NCBI GenBank assembly: GCA_019307815.1
Contig: JAFDIV010000003.1
Coordinates: forward strand, 6,353-70,352
Direction: 5' to 3'
Source of the DNA: Deltaproteobacteria bacterium
GTDB taxonomy: Bacteria; Desulfobacterota; DSM-4660; Desulfatiglandales; Desulfatiglandaceae
Length of the DNA: 64,000 bases
Both the position numbers and the translations under genes were made by a program. The notes under the pieces are model-generated. The model saw only the letters and a program-made list of their open reading frames with translations. It ran no database searches and had not been told where the DNA came from. This document shows positions 44,839 to 53,323 of this stretch, piece by piece (the first letter of the stretch is position 1; each line of letters starts with the position of its first letter).

Positions 44839-45351
44839 TTAGAGAAAAAAGACGATCCCTCCCACTATTGCAAGCGTATAAAGGCCTGCCAGGAGGTCAT
44901 CCAATACAATACCCAAACCGCCCCTTACACGCCTTTCCACCTGCCTGATGGGAAAGGGTTTCAGGATATCGAACACCCGGAAAACCACAAAACTCAGGGC
45001 CAATATCCCTGTGGACAGGGGCAGGGCGAAGGTAGCCAGGAGATATCCTGCCACTTCATCAATTACTACCTCTGGTGGATCGTTCTTGTTCAGGAGCTCG
45101 GATGTTTTTGATGAGGTTGCTACTGCTATACCGATAATGGCCGCCACAACAACCCCACGGGGGGAGAGGGGCAGGATGTGAATCAGGATGGCCGGAAGTA
45201 TGGCGCCCAAGGTGCCAAATGTGCCGGGCACGCCGGGCAGCAGGCCGCAGAAGAACCAGGAAGAAAGGGTCAGCGCCACCTTTTCACCAAGCTGTGCCCT
45301 TTGCATTGCGGCCCAAAAGGTCAACGGCTCCAGTGAATCTTGTCTCATCAA
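44839..45351 (-). CDS. pgpA: Phosphatidylglycerophosphatase A
   Basis: 170-aa hydrophobic protein with PGTFGTL, VIDEVAGY and DILKPFPI motifs of the PgpA family. Confidence 0.8.
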   Translation of the reverse strand: MMRQDSLEPLTFWAAMQRAQLGEKVALTLSSWFFCGLLPGVPGTFGTLGAILPAILIHILPLSPRGVVVAAIIGIAVATSSKTSELLNKNDPPEVVIDEVAGYLLATFALPLSTGILALSFVVFRVFDILKPFPIRQVERRVRGGLGIVLDDLLAGLYTLAIVGGIVFFL

Positions 45352-45391
45352 TCACCTGTTATAGGTAGCTTGCCATTTGAACTGGTTGGTT

Positions 45392-46564
45392 TCATGAGCG
45401 ATTTAGAGCCTCTATCCAGGCGTAAACTTCTTTTAGGGGTATCTGATGCCTTTTAGCAATTTGTCGGCATACCTCGTATTCAGGGACAATCCGATCAGCT
45501 CCCACGGCCTCGCGGATCCTTTTGACCCTCATGGGGCCCCAAGGGCTGTCCACTTTCTCTTCTGACCTTGCCAGGGTTGTCCTTTGCACATGCTGGAGAC
45601 GAACCCCCAGCGTGGTGGTTTCTCTAAAGATGATGTCCGTGAGCCTCTCGTGATCATTGGGTTGGGCCATGACCTGGATATGTACGCCAGGGCGATTCTT
45701 TTTCATGTGCACAGGGAAAAATGCCACATCCAAGGCCCCTGCCTCAAAGAGCTGCTCCATCAGGTATCCCAATAGCTCTGGCGTGGAATCATCAATGGTG
45801 GTCTCCAAAAGGGAAACTATCTCTGTGGCCTTTGGGGCCTCCTCTGAGACTTCACCTATGATCATCCTCAACACATTGGGACGATCAGTCAGATCCCGGG
45901 TTCCTGCACCATAGCCCGTTTCAAGGATCTGCATGGGGGGAAAGGTCCCAAACTTCTCTACTATTTCTCCTAGTAGGGCCGCCCCCGTTGGTGTGACCAG
46001 TTCCTGGCCAAGCCCTGAGTCATACACGGGGATGCCTTTCAGAAGCTCTACAGTAGCTGGCGCGGGTAAGGGGATTTTTCCATGGTCGCAGTGGGTAAAT
46101 CCTGATCCCAGGGGCAAGGCAGAGGCAAAGACCTTTGCAATGCCCATGGCTTCCAACCCTGTTAAAACCCCTACAATATCCACAATAGAGTCCACTGCGC
46201 CGATTTCATGGAAATGGATCTCTTCTGGAGGGCACCCGTGAATTTTCGCCTCTGCCTTTGCCAGATGCTCAAAGACCTGGGTGCTCCTCCTTTTTACGGT
46301 GTCGCTTAGAGAAGATCCTTGGATAAGGGCTCGAATAATGGAAAGGGTTCGGGGGGCCTGATCTTTTTCACTTCCTTCGAGCCATATTTTGGTAGCGGAG
46401 ATCTGCTTTTTCAGCACTTTATTGGCCTTCAGTTGATAGCCTTCGATGCCAAGGCCTGCAAGCACTCCTCTTATCACATCTACATCCAGCCCGGCATCAA
46501 TTAGGGCGCCTAGGAGCATATCGCCACTTGCCCCTGAGAAGCAATCAAGATACGCGATTTTCAT
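45392..46564 (-). CDS. larC: Nickel-pincer cofactor biosynthesis protein LarC
   Basis: 390 aa from MKIAYLDCFSGASGDMLLGAL. HFHEIGAVDSIVDIVG is typical of LarC/DUF111. Confidence 0.88.
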   Translation of the reverse strand: MKIAYLDCFSGASGDMLLGALIDAGLDVDVIRGVLAGLGIEGYQLKANKVLKKQISATKIWLEGSEKDQAPRTLSIIRALIQGSSLSDTVKRRSTQVFEHLAKAEAKIHGCPPEEIHFHEIGAVDSIVDIVGVLTGLEAMGIAKVFASALPLGSGFTHCDHGKIPLPAPATVELLKGIPVYDSGLGQELVTPTGAALLGEIVEKFGTFPPMQILETGYGAGTRDLTDRPNVLRMIIGEVSEEAPKATEIVSLLETTIDDSTPELLGYLMEQLFEAGALDVAFFPVHMKKNRPGVHIQVMAQPNDHERLTDIIFRETTTLGVRLQHVQRTTLARSEEKVDSPWGPMRVKRIREAVGADRIVPEYEVCRQIAKRHQIPLKEVYAWIEALNRS

Positions 46565-46734
46565 GTGAACCTCCTGAGAGGAGAGTCCCTTTAAGCCGCC
46601 CAAGAACCCATTGTCAGCCCAAAAACATCAAAGCAGCCCTGCCATGGGGGCAAGGCTGCTTTGTGAAGGACGGTAAGGGCAGGGACTTTAATGTTTGCCT
46701 AGGCGGAATATGAGCCGCCGATTCCCCAGAGAAT

Positions 46735-47907
46735 CTAAAGGGCCTCTGCAATAAGCTCGGAAATATCCTTGATTACTATCTCATCCTCTTTGTTAGTGGT
46801 TTTTCGGCTGTCTTCCAACATGGATATACAGTAGGGACAGGCAGTGGCAAGAATCTGGGCACCGGTTTCGCATGCCTCATGAATGCGCAAGTCAGAGAAG
46901 CGCCACTCGGGCTTAGTCTCCATCCAGAGCCGCCCCCCGCCTCCACCGCAGCAGAGGCTTTCTTTTCGAATGCGTTTCATTTCCACAAGGTTGCCTCCGG
47001 TTACAGCAGAGATCAGATCCCTAGGCTCGTCATAGATGTCGCTGTGCCGTCCCAAATAACATGGATCGTGATAGGTTACCTTTTTATCCAGGGTTTTGGA
47101 AAGCTTTAGTTTGCCCTGTTCCAGGAGATCCGCAAGCAGCTTGGTATAGTGGATAACTTCGAATTCACCTCCCATCTCTGGGTATTCCTGAGTGAAGGTA
47201 TAAAGGCAGTGGGGCGAGGTGGTGATAATCTTTTTCACGCCCTTGTCTTTAAAGAGTTGGATGTTCTTTTGAGCGGTGTTCATAAAAAGCTCTTCGTCAC
47301 CTATTTTCCGAACCGATTCCGCACAACAGCTCTCTTCCTGCCCGATAACGCCAAAGCTGATACTGACCTGTGAGAGGATCTTCACCAAGGAGCGGGCAAT
47401 ATTACGGCTCCTTTGATCGTAAGCAGAGGTACAACAGACAAAAAGGAGATATTCAGTCCCTTCTTCAAATTGTGGAACCTCCAGACCCTCCATCCATTCG
47501 GTCCGTTTTTCTCTGGGTTCTGACCACGGATTTCCCTGGCTGTGGACGCTGCCTGTTACAGTCCTTAGCACGCCAGGAATGGCACCTGTCTCAGCGATCA
47601 TGGCCCGCATGGCCTTGACCACGTCAATGATGGTGACCCCTCTGGGGCATTTGAGGACACACTTGTTGCATGTGGTGCATCCATACAGGATGTCATCCGA
47701 TTCATAGCCTTCTACTCCGAGTTGGGCCATTCGAATCAGACGCCTGATATTGAAAGGACCATCCACGATACGCCACGGGCAGGATCCAGCGCACATACCG
47801 CACTGCATACAAAGGTTGAGTTTTTCCGCACCCATGGCCACCAGGGCCTCATTGACTTCGTACAAGGGGGTAAGGGCTTCCATGATTTTCTTATCTCCTT
47901 TCCACAA
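46735..47907 (-). CDS. (Fe-S)-binding oxidoreductase, HdrD/GlcF-like (CCG domains)
   Basis: It has two ferredoxin-type motifs (CMQCGMCAGSCP and CTTCNKCVLKCP) and Cys-rich CCG-type segments (FVCCTSAY, CCGGGGG, CPYC). Confidence 0.75.
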   Translation of the reverse strand: MWKGDKKIMEALTPLYEVNEALVAMGAEKLNLCMQCGMCAGSCPWRIVDGPFNIRRLIRMAQLGVEGYESDDILYGCTTCNKCVLKCPRGVTIIDVVKAMRAMIAETGAIPGVLRTVTGSVHSQGNPWSEPREKRTEWMEGLEVPQFEEGTEYLLFVCCTSAYDQRSRNIARSLVKILSQVSISFGVIGQEESCCAESVRKIGDEELFMNTAQKNIQLFKDKGVKKIITTSPHCLYTFTQEYPEMGGEFEVIHYTKLLADLLEQGKLKLSKTLDKKVTYHDPCYLGRHSDIYDEPRDLISAVTGGNLVEMKRIRKESLCCGGGGGRLWMETKPEWRFSDLRIHEACETGAQILATACPYCISMLEDSRKTTNKEDEIVIKDISELIAEAL

Positions 47908-48168
47908 AGAATTTTGAGGGCTATGTGCTGCCTCCTGTTGGTCTGTGAAAAATGTGATTTTTGTAACAAAGTGGGTGGTCTCATGTCAACTCCCAAAGTC
48001 AAATTTGCCTGTATACATGTATCTCCCGTCTTGGGCCTGCCAGGTCGCTAATCTATCCTTTTGCATGCTTTGACTTTGAAAAAGTGCTGAACATAAAGAA
48101 CTTAGTGTTGCTGAATGAGCGTAGGTAAAAGGCATCATTCCTCATTGCCTTAGAAGGAAAGATTTATC

Positions 48169-48196
48169 TTGACATTTGGCTTTATTGGTGTATAGT
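48169..48196 (+). promoter_or_regulatory. Candidate sigma70-type promoter of the small-peptide cluster
   Basis: TTGACA at 48169-48174, a 16-nt spacer, then TATAGT at 48191-48196. Confidence 0.45.
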
Positions 48197-48286
48197 GCTT
48201 AGATCAAGTTAAATTTTGATAACCTTGCGCTTGACAGATAAGAGGGGGTTTGTCATGCGAAGGATTTTTAAAATGTGCCTGCCTAT

Positions 48287-48318
48287 CTCCCAATAAGGCG
48301 AGTTTGCCTTGTTGGGAG
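48287..48318 (+). other. Strong RNA hairpin in the 5' leader of the small-peptide cluster
   Basis: CTCCCAATAAGGC (48287-48299), loop GAGTTT, then GCCTTGTTGGGAG (48306-48318). This gives a 13-bp stem with one U-G pair. No T-run follows, so it is not a canonical terminator. Confidence 0.5.
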
Positions 48319-48376
48319 CACGCTTCATTCACACCATCAAGTAAACTGACAATGATCTGCTACCCAGGAGACTCCT

Positions 48377-48511
48377 ATGGGATTCAGCATACCGGATTTA
48401 ATAGAGGCTCTAGCAACCTTGATAGTTGCAGTATTCGTTTCCGTGGTTTTGGTCAAGCTCGGGAGACTAATAGATAAATACAGTGAAAAAAAGGATGATC
48501 AAGTGAAGTAG
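48377..48511 (+). CDS. Small membrane peptide (44 aa), unannotated
   Basis: An AGGAG RBS lies 6 nt upstream. The translation MGFSIPDLIEALATLIVAVFVSVVLVKLGRLIDKYSEKKDDQVK has one TM helix plus a charged tail. Confidence 0.5.
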   Translation: MGFSIPDLIEALATLIVAVFVSVVLVKLGRLIDKYSEKKDDQVK

Positions 48512-48597
48512 ATCATTGCATAGAGAAAGGAGGTGATGATGAACAGCTTATCAAGGGCCTGGAAAAATAACTAACATAATAAAGGGAGGTGAGGAAG

Positions 48598-48717
48598 GTG
48601 CAAGAAGTAGTTGCTAATGTGCTTAATAGTGTTGGATATCTCTTGGTATATGTGGGGGTTTTTGTACTACTTGTCAACATTGGGGCTGCAATCAAGTCAA
48701 TGGGAGAAAAGATGTAG
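48598..48717 (+). CDS. Small hydrophobic peptide, copy A (39 aa, GTG start)
   Basis: It is preceded by a GGGAGG RBS. The translation is (M)QEVVANVLNSVGYLLVYVGVFVLLVNIGAAIKSMGEKM, which is 36/39 identical to copy B, with mostly synonymous nucleotide differences. Confidence 0.7.
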   Translation: MQEVVANVLNSVGYLLVYVGVFVLLVNIGAAIKSMGEKM

Positions 48718-48766
48718 CGAAATATAGCAGGTAATAAACAAAGTGATCAGAAGGGAGGGGTGAAGG

Positions 48767-48886
48767 ATGCAACAGGTAGTTGCCAATGTGCTTAGCAGTG
48801 TTGGATATCTTTTGGTGTATGTAGGAGTTTTTGTGCTGCTTGTCAACATTGGGGCTGCAATTAAGTCGATGGGCCAGAAGATGTGA
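48767..48886 (+). CDS. Small hydrophobic peptide, copy B (39 aa)
   Basis: It is preceded by a GGGAGGGG RBS. The translation is MQQVVANVLSSVGYLLVYVGVFVLLVNIGAAIKSMGQKM, a tandem paralog of copy A. Confidence 0.7.
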   Translation: MQQVVANVLSSVGYLLVYVGVFVLLVNIGAAIKSMGQKM

Positions 48887-49102
48887 AATGGCCTTGGGGA
48901 TGCTGGCCTTTTGTCCGTGTAACTCTAGGGCAGGGACCCTAAATGAAACCGTAATAAGGGCAGCGATCCCCATTCTGTTTGGTTTATTGCTGCCTTGTAA
49001 TGAAGGGAAGAGCGATTGTGCGGCGGGATGCCCCGCTATCGTTATCTATTTGGCTAAGCCCTAGCAGAAGGATTATTTCCAACAAACAAGGGGGGATGAG
49101 GA

Positions 49103-49330
49103 GTGGATAACCTAGACCGTTTTAACGAGGCTGTAAGCAATATCGCCGTAAGCTGGAGAAACGTATTTGTCTTTGTAGCTTTTGTTTATGTGGTAGGAAC
49201 GATCTTTGCTATTAGCGGCGGTAGTGCAGTGAGCTGGATTATTATTTCATGGATAATTATTGCTATCATTGCGGCCTTAATTTATTTCAGAAAGGGGGAG
49301 AGCAAAGCAGAGCCTGAGGAAATGGTATAG
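49103..49330 (+). CDS. Small two-TM membrane protein (75 aa, GTG start)
   Basis: It is the last ORF of the cluster, with two hydrophobic helices and a charged C-terminus. The terminator follows. Confidence 0.5.
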   Translation: MDNLDRFNEAVSNIAVSWRNVFVFVAFVYVVGTIFAISGGSAVSWIIISWIIIAIIAALIYFRKGESKAEPEEMV

Positions 49331-49400
49331 GATGGTGATTTCTGTCAGCTGATATTGACGCCCCCCGTAAGAGCTATATGTGGCAAACGAGTAAACTTAT

Positions 49401-49436
49401 GACATCCACTGCATTTTTCGGTGGATGTCTTGTTTT
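49401..49436 (+). terminator. Rho-independent terminator
   Basis: GACATCCAC (49401-49409), an 11-nt loop, then GTGGATGTC (49421-49429) followed by TTGTTTT. It lies between convergent genes. Confidence 0.7.
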
Positions 49437-49464
49437 GGCAGCATTGTGAAGGGGTATATTTCAG

Positions 49465-50451
49465 TTACTCAAAGGGCCTCGCAGAGGAGAAATCCGGGAC
49501 GAATGAGGGCTTTGTCTCTAAATCCTGCCTCAAGTTTTCAGGGAATTGCACATAGAGTTTTTCAAATCCAAGATCCCTCGCGTGGTTCAATATCCTATCA
49601 AATTCCTCCCTGGTTACAGTACGATTTAAGGAAGAATCCTTTTGAGGACGAACAGGGTAATACTGGCTCATTATGCTGAGGGGAAGTCTCTTCCCAAATT
49701 CCACAAAAAGCATTGTAAGGGCCTCGCAGGAGTTTTCCACGTACCCCGGCAGAATCAAGTGGCGCACCAACACCCCGGTTGTTCCGATGCCCTCTTTCCT
49801 TTCTGTTGTTAGATAACCCTTTTGCCTCAGCATTTCCTCTATGGCAGCCAGCGCAGTGCTGGGGTAGTCGGGACAAGCAGAAAGCCGTTTGGCAAGGGAT
49901 GAGTGAGCGTATTTAAAGTCTGGTAAATATATATCTGTGAACTCCCCTGCCAGCTTAAGCATCTCGATGGATTGATATCCTGACAGATTCATGACAACAG
50001 GCAGGGTAAGTCCCTTCTGCCTTACCAGGGAAATGGTCTGAAAAACATGAGGGAAAAAGTGGTCGGGCGTAACAAAGTTTACGTTGTGCACCCTGAACCT
50101 ATGGATCATATGAGAGATCCTGTTGGCAAGCTCTTTGGGATCCATGGGCTCGCCTATGCCTTCATGTGAAATCTGGTAGTTTTGGCAAAAGCTACATCGC
50201 AGGCTGCACCCCGTAAGAAACACGGTGCCCGAGCCCCTTTTTCCTGTAATAGGAGGCTCCTCACCCATGTGAGGACCCACATAGGCCACCTTGAGTTGAT
50301 CTGTTTGCCGGCAATAACCCGCCCTTGGGGTGCCAGCTTTTGGGATCCTGGCAACACCACAGTTTCTTGGACAAAGCTTGCACTCTTTGAGTATTTCGTA
50401 AGCCCTATTGGGCTGTTCCATTCTTAGTTGCTCCGGATGGCCCATGTGCAT
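49465..50451 (-). CDS. Radical SAM enzyme, PflX/COG1313-like
   Basis: 328 aa. It has the CxxxCxxC cluster CSLRCSFCQNY and an N-terminal CPRNCG, and the overall sequence resembles putative pyruvate formate-lyase activase-related proteins. Confidence 0.75.
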   Translation of the reverse strand: MHMGHPEQLRMEQPNRAYEILKECKLCPRNCGVARIPKAGTPRAGYCRQTDQLKVAYVGPHMGEEPPITGKRGSGTVFLTGCSLRCSFCQNYQISHEGIGEPMDPKELANRISHMIHRFRVHNVNFVTPDHFFPHVFQTISLVRQKGLTLPVVMNLSGYQSIEMLKLAGEFTDIYLPDFKYAHSSLAKRLSACPDYPSTALAAIEEMLRQKGYLTTERKEGIGTTGVLVRHLILPGYVENSCEALTMLFVEFGKRLPLSIMSQYYPVRPQKDSSLNRTVTREEFDRILNHARDLGFEKLYVQFPENLRQDLETKPSFVPDFSSARPFE

Positions 50452-50765
50452 TCAGTGCCTGCCAAGCCTATCTTTTACTCCTGAATACAGGAGATCTACT
50501 CTTCTCATATCATGCATTGCCTCCACATGAAAACCCTAAACGCAGGAGCAAATCCCATGCAAGAGAGTCAAGGGATCCGTGGATTGATTTGTCCCTTGCC
50601 TGAGGGTGATTTTTATTGACAAAGGGAAAAATTGAAGCTAAAAAAATTAATTTTGGCTGAATCGGAAAGGATGAATTTGCTTCCCTTCTCCGAGGCCCTG
50701 TTTCCCCATGTAGTGGGGAGATTATCCGCCGTACAAATTCGTGCGGACGAGGAAGGGGGGGTAAC

Positions 50766-51149
50766 ATGAGAGAACAACTGGCACCCAAAACAGAGGTAGC
50801 ACCATGGGGGCTCCTTACCAGTTTGGATATCTATGAGTGCAACCCACGTATTATCCGGGATGCGGATGAAATACGCCGTTATGTTCTGGAATTGTGCGAA
50901 CTGATAAAAATGCGACGCTTTGGTCCTTGCCAGGTGGTGCATTTCGGTGAAGACGAGCGCGTGTCTGGATATTCCATGATACAATTGATAGAGACTTCTC
51001 TTATAAGTGGGCACTTTGCAAATCTCACCAATGCTGCATATATCGATATCTTTAGCTGCAAACCATATGACCCGGAAGAGGTGGCCCAGTTTACCAAGGC
51101 CTTTTTTCAGGGAAAATCCATGACCATCCACGTGACCCGTAGGATGTAA
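50766..51149 (+). CDS. Divergent AdoMetDC-family (pyruvoyl decarboxylase-like) paralog
   Basis: 127 aa. GYSMIQLIETSLISGHF aligns with the processing region AESHLAVHTW of the speH product, but reads E-T-S rather than E-S. IDIFSCK parallels ITFETCG. Confidence 0.6.
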   Translation: MREQLAPKTEVAPWGLLTSLDIYECNPRIIRDADEIRRYVLELCELIKMRRFGPCQVVHFGEDERVSGYSMIQLIETSLISGHFANLTNAAYIDIFSCKPYDPEEVAQFTKAFFQGKSMTIHVTRRM

Positions 51150-51185
51150 TGGACGACTCTTACTTGCGGAAAGACCCTTCTACCC

Positions 51186-51836
51186 ATGACCCATGAGCTA
51201 ATTGAATTATCCAGCAGAGGCCTGCGTGGGTCTGTGGTAGCTGGTATCATTCTTGCTGCTGGTACAAGCTCTCGTATGGGCGTTTCGAAGCAACTCCTGC
51301 CCATAGGTGGGGTGCCCTTAATTTGCCACATGGTAAGCCAGGTCCTTTCCTCTCACCTCGATCGTGTGGTCATGGTATTGGGGCATGATGCCGAAAAAAT
51401 GAAGAGGGCCCTTTTGGATTATTGTCCACATCCGAGGATAGAAGTCGTGGTAAACCCAGAATATCCCAAAGGTATGGCCTCCTCCATTAAGAGAGGTTTG
51501 AAGGTGGTGCAGGATGATTGTGATCACGTAATGATCATCCTCGCAGATATGCTGCATATTGACGCACGCCTCATTAACATCCTTCTCAAGGGCTATTTGA
51601 AGTCGGGCCGGGATCTGGGTGCAATTAGGATCCAGGCGCGTCGATCCCATCCAGTTATCTTCAGCCGCCGATTTTATCCTGAGCTCCAAAGGTTGGAAGG
51701 GGACGTGGGAGGAAGATCCATCTTTGAACAATATGCACATGAGGCCTGCTTCATAGACGCTCCCCCCACATACAGGGAAATGGATCTCGACACACCCGAA
51801 GATTACAGGAGATATCAGAGCTTGAACTGGAAATAG
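51186..51836 (+). CDS. MobA/MocA-like nucleotidyltransferase (molybdenum cofactor cytidylyl/guanylyl-transferase family)
   Basis: 216 aa. GIILAAGTSSRMGVSKQLLPIGG is the NTP-transferase signature of the MocA/MobA family. Confidence 0.7.
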   Translation: MTHELIELSSRGLRGSVVAGIILAAGTSSRMGVSKQLLPIGGVPLICHMVSQVLSSHLDRVVMVLGHDAEKMKRALLDYCPHPRIEVVVNPEYPKGMASSIKRGLKVVQDDCDHVMIILADMLHIDARLINILLKGYLKSGRDLGAIRIQARRSHPVIFSRRFYPELQRLEGDVGGRSIFEQYAHEACFIDAPPTYREMDLDTPEDYRRYQSLNWK

Positions 51837-51913
51837 GACCTCACAAGAAAACGCCTCACCACAGACGGATCAGCAAGACAACGGTCTTGGAAACAATGTT
51901 AGGGAGCAAGAAA

Positions 51914-51945
51914 CAAAAAAAGCGGGAAATGTCCCCGCTTTTTTT
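51914..51945. terminator. Bidirectional rho-independent terminator
   Basis: An A-run, then AGCGGG (51921-51926), loop AAATGTC, CCCGCT (51934-51939) and a T-run. It lies between the convergent mocA-like and hsp20 genes. Confidence 0.75.
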
Positions 51946-51979
51946 GTTCACGAAGTCCCAAAACCACTAGCAGAGATGA

Positions 51980-52438
51980 TCAGGCAGGGCCGATTTCGAT
52001 CTTTTTCATGGTTTCGGCTTTGGTTTTGGGCATCTTAAGGGTCAACACCCCTTTTTTATAAGTGGCCTTTACCTTGTCAGGATCAACTTCGGCAGGTAAT
52101 TGAATGGTTCGTAAAAAGGCACCATAACTTCGTTCTATTTTATGGAAGTTTTCGCCTTCCTCCTCGGTTTCCTGTTTGCGTTCGCCCTGGATCTTCAGGG
52201 TATTCCCGCTGAGGGACACATCAATATCCTTGGGATCCATACCTGACAGCTCTGCCTTTACAATGATTTCCTTGGAGGTTTCCGACAGATCAATGGCTGG
52301 CAGCCATTGGCCTTCTTCGCCTCGGAAAAAGGAAGGTTTCCATTCAGCCAACCGGTCAAAAAGCCTGTCCATTTCTCGTCTCAACCTGTCCAATTCCTTG
52401 CCCTCACGCCGTGGTAGCAAACTGACCATTTTTTTCAC
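51980..52438 (-). CDS. Hsp20/alpha-crystallin family small heat-shock protein
   Basis: 152 aa. The alpha-crystallin domain strings are PAIDLSETSKEIIVKAELSGMDPKDIDV, ERSYGAF.R...LP and GVLTLKMPK. Confidence 0.9.
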   Translation of the reverse strand: MKKMVSLLPRREGKELDRLRREMDRLFDRLAEWKPSFFRGEEGQWLPAIDLSETSKEIIVKAELSGMDPKDIDVSLSGNTLKIQGERKQETEEEGENFHKIERSYGAFLRTIQLPAEVDPDKVKATYKKGVLTLKMPKTKAETMKKIEIGPA

Positions 52439-52654
52439 CTCCTTTCATGCCCATCAGGGTCTTGAAGACAGAAGGGAAAAGCAATACAAAAGATAATCTC
52501 CCCTTTCATGATGTCAAGGGTGGCCCCTAGAGGGGTAGGAGTTGACAAAAGGCAGGGGGCGTCAATAATTTTACCAGCATGGGTCCTAAGGGGCGTTGGA
52601 CAACTTGACTAGAATGAATTTGTTTTACCAGGATGGTGCGTCCGGGGTTGTGCC

Positions 52655-53272
52655 ATGGCAGAAAAGGACTACTATAAGATCCTGGGGGTATCCCGGCAGG
52701 CCAGTGCCGAAGGCATCCGGAACGCCTTTCGTAAACTGGCCAAAAAGTATCATCCCGATAAGGCTGGCCCTGGAGGAAAGGATCAGTTTCAGGATGTGAT
52801 GGAGGCCTATGAGGTCCTCTCTGACCCTGAAAAACGAAGCTCCTATGACAAGAGACTCAAGGAGCAGGAACAGGGATTCACGTTTCGAGGCCGTAGTCCT
52901 GTCTTTGATTCAAGCCCATTCTTTTCCCGCCGGTGGCCCTTTGACCCGTGGCCAACCCGTTCCCCATTGGGTCAAAGGTTCACACACCCTCAGCCTGACT
53001 TAATTCTTGTGCTTTCTCAGGAAGAAGCCGAGAAAGGGGGTACTATTGACGTAGAGGTTCCCTATTACACTTCCTGCCCAGAATGCGGCGGAAGCGGTGA
53101 GTCCTGGTTTTTCCCTTGTGTCACTTGCCTTGGCGAAGGGCTTATCAAGGAAAAAAGGAAAGTTCGTATACGCATACCGGCAATGGTGGAGGATGGCTCT
53201 GTAATTGAGGTGCCCCTTCAGAGGATCGGGGTCATGAAGCGGTTCTTGCGGGTTCTCGTTGAAATCCATTGA
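52655..53272 (+). CDS. J-domain protein with a single DnaJ-type zinc finger (short DnaJ paralog)
   Basis: 205 aa. It has DYYKILGV...KKYHPDK (HPD present), CPECGGSG and CVTCLGEG. It lacks the full DnaJ C-terminal domains. Confidence 0.8.
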   Translation: MAEKDYYKILGVSRQASAEGIRNAFRKLAKKYHPDKAGPGGKDQFQDVMEAYEVLSDPEKRSSYDKRLKEQEQGFTFRGRSPVFDSSPFFSRRWPFDPWPTRSPLGQRFTHPQPDLILVLSQEEAEKGGTIDVEVPYYTSCPECGGSGESWFFPCVTCLGEGLIKEKRKVRIRIPAMVEDGSVIEVPLQRIGVMKRFLRVLVEIH

Positions 53273-53323
53273 GTATCCAGGCTTGTAATTGGCCTTGAAG
53301 CCACCTGCCTTGGACAAGGGGTG

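Noticed and set aside
48250-48477. A 75-aa ORF (MSCEGFLKCACLSPNK...) overlapping the leader hairpin and the first small-peptide gene.
   Set aside because: It has no RBS and a Cys/Ser-rich low-complexity translation. It runs through the strong hairpin and out of frame across the better-supported 44-aa gene.
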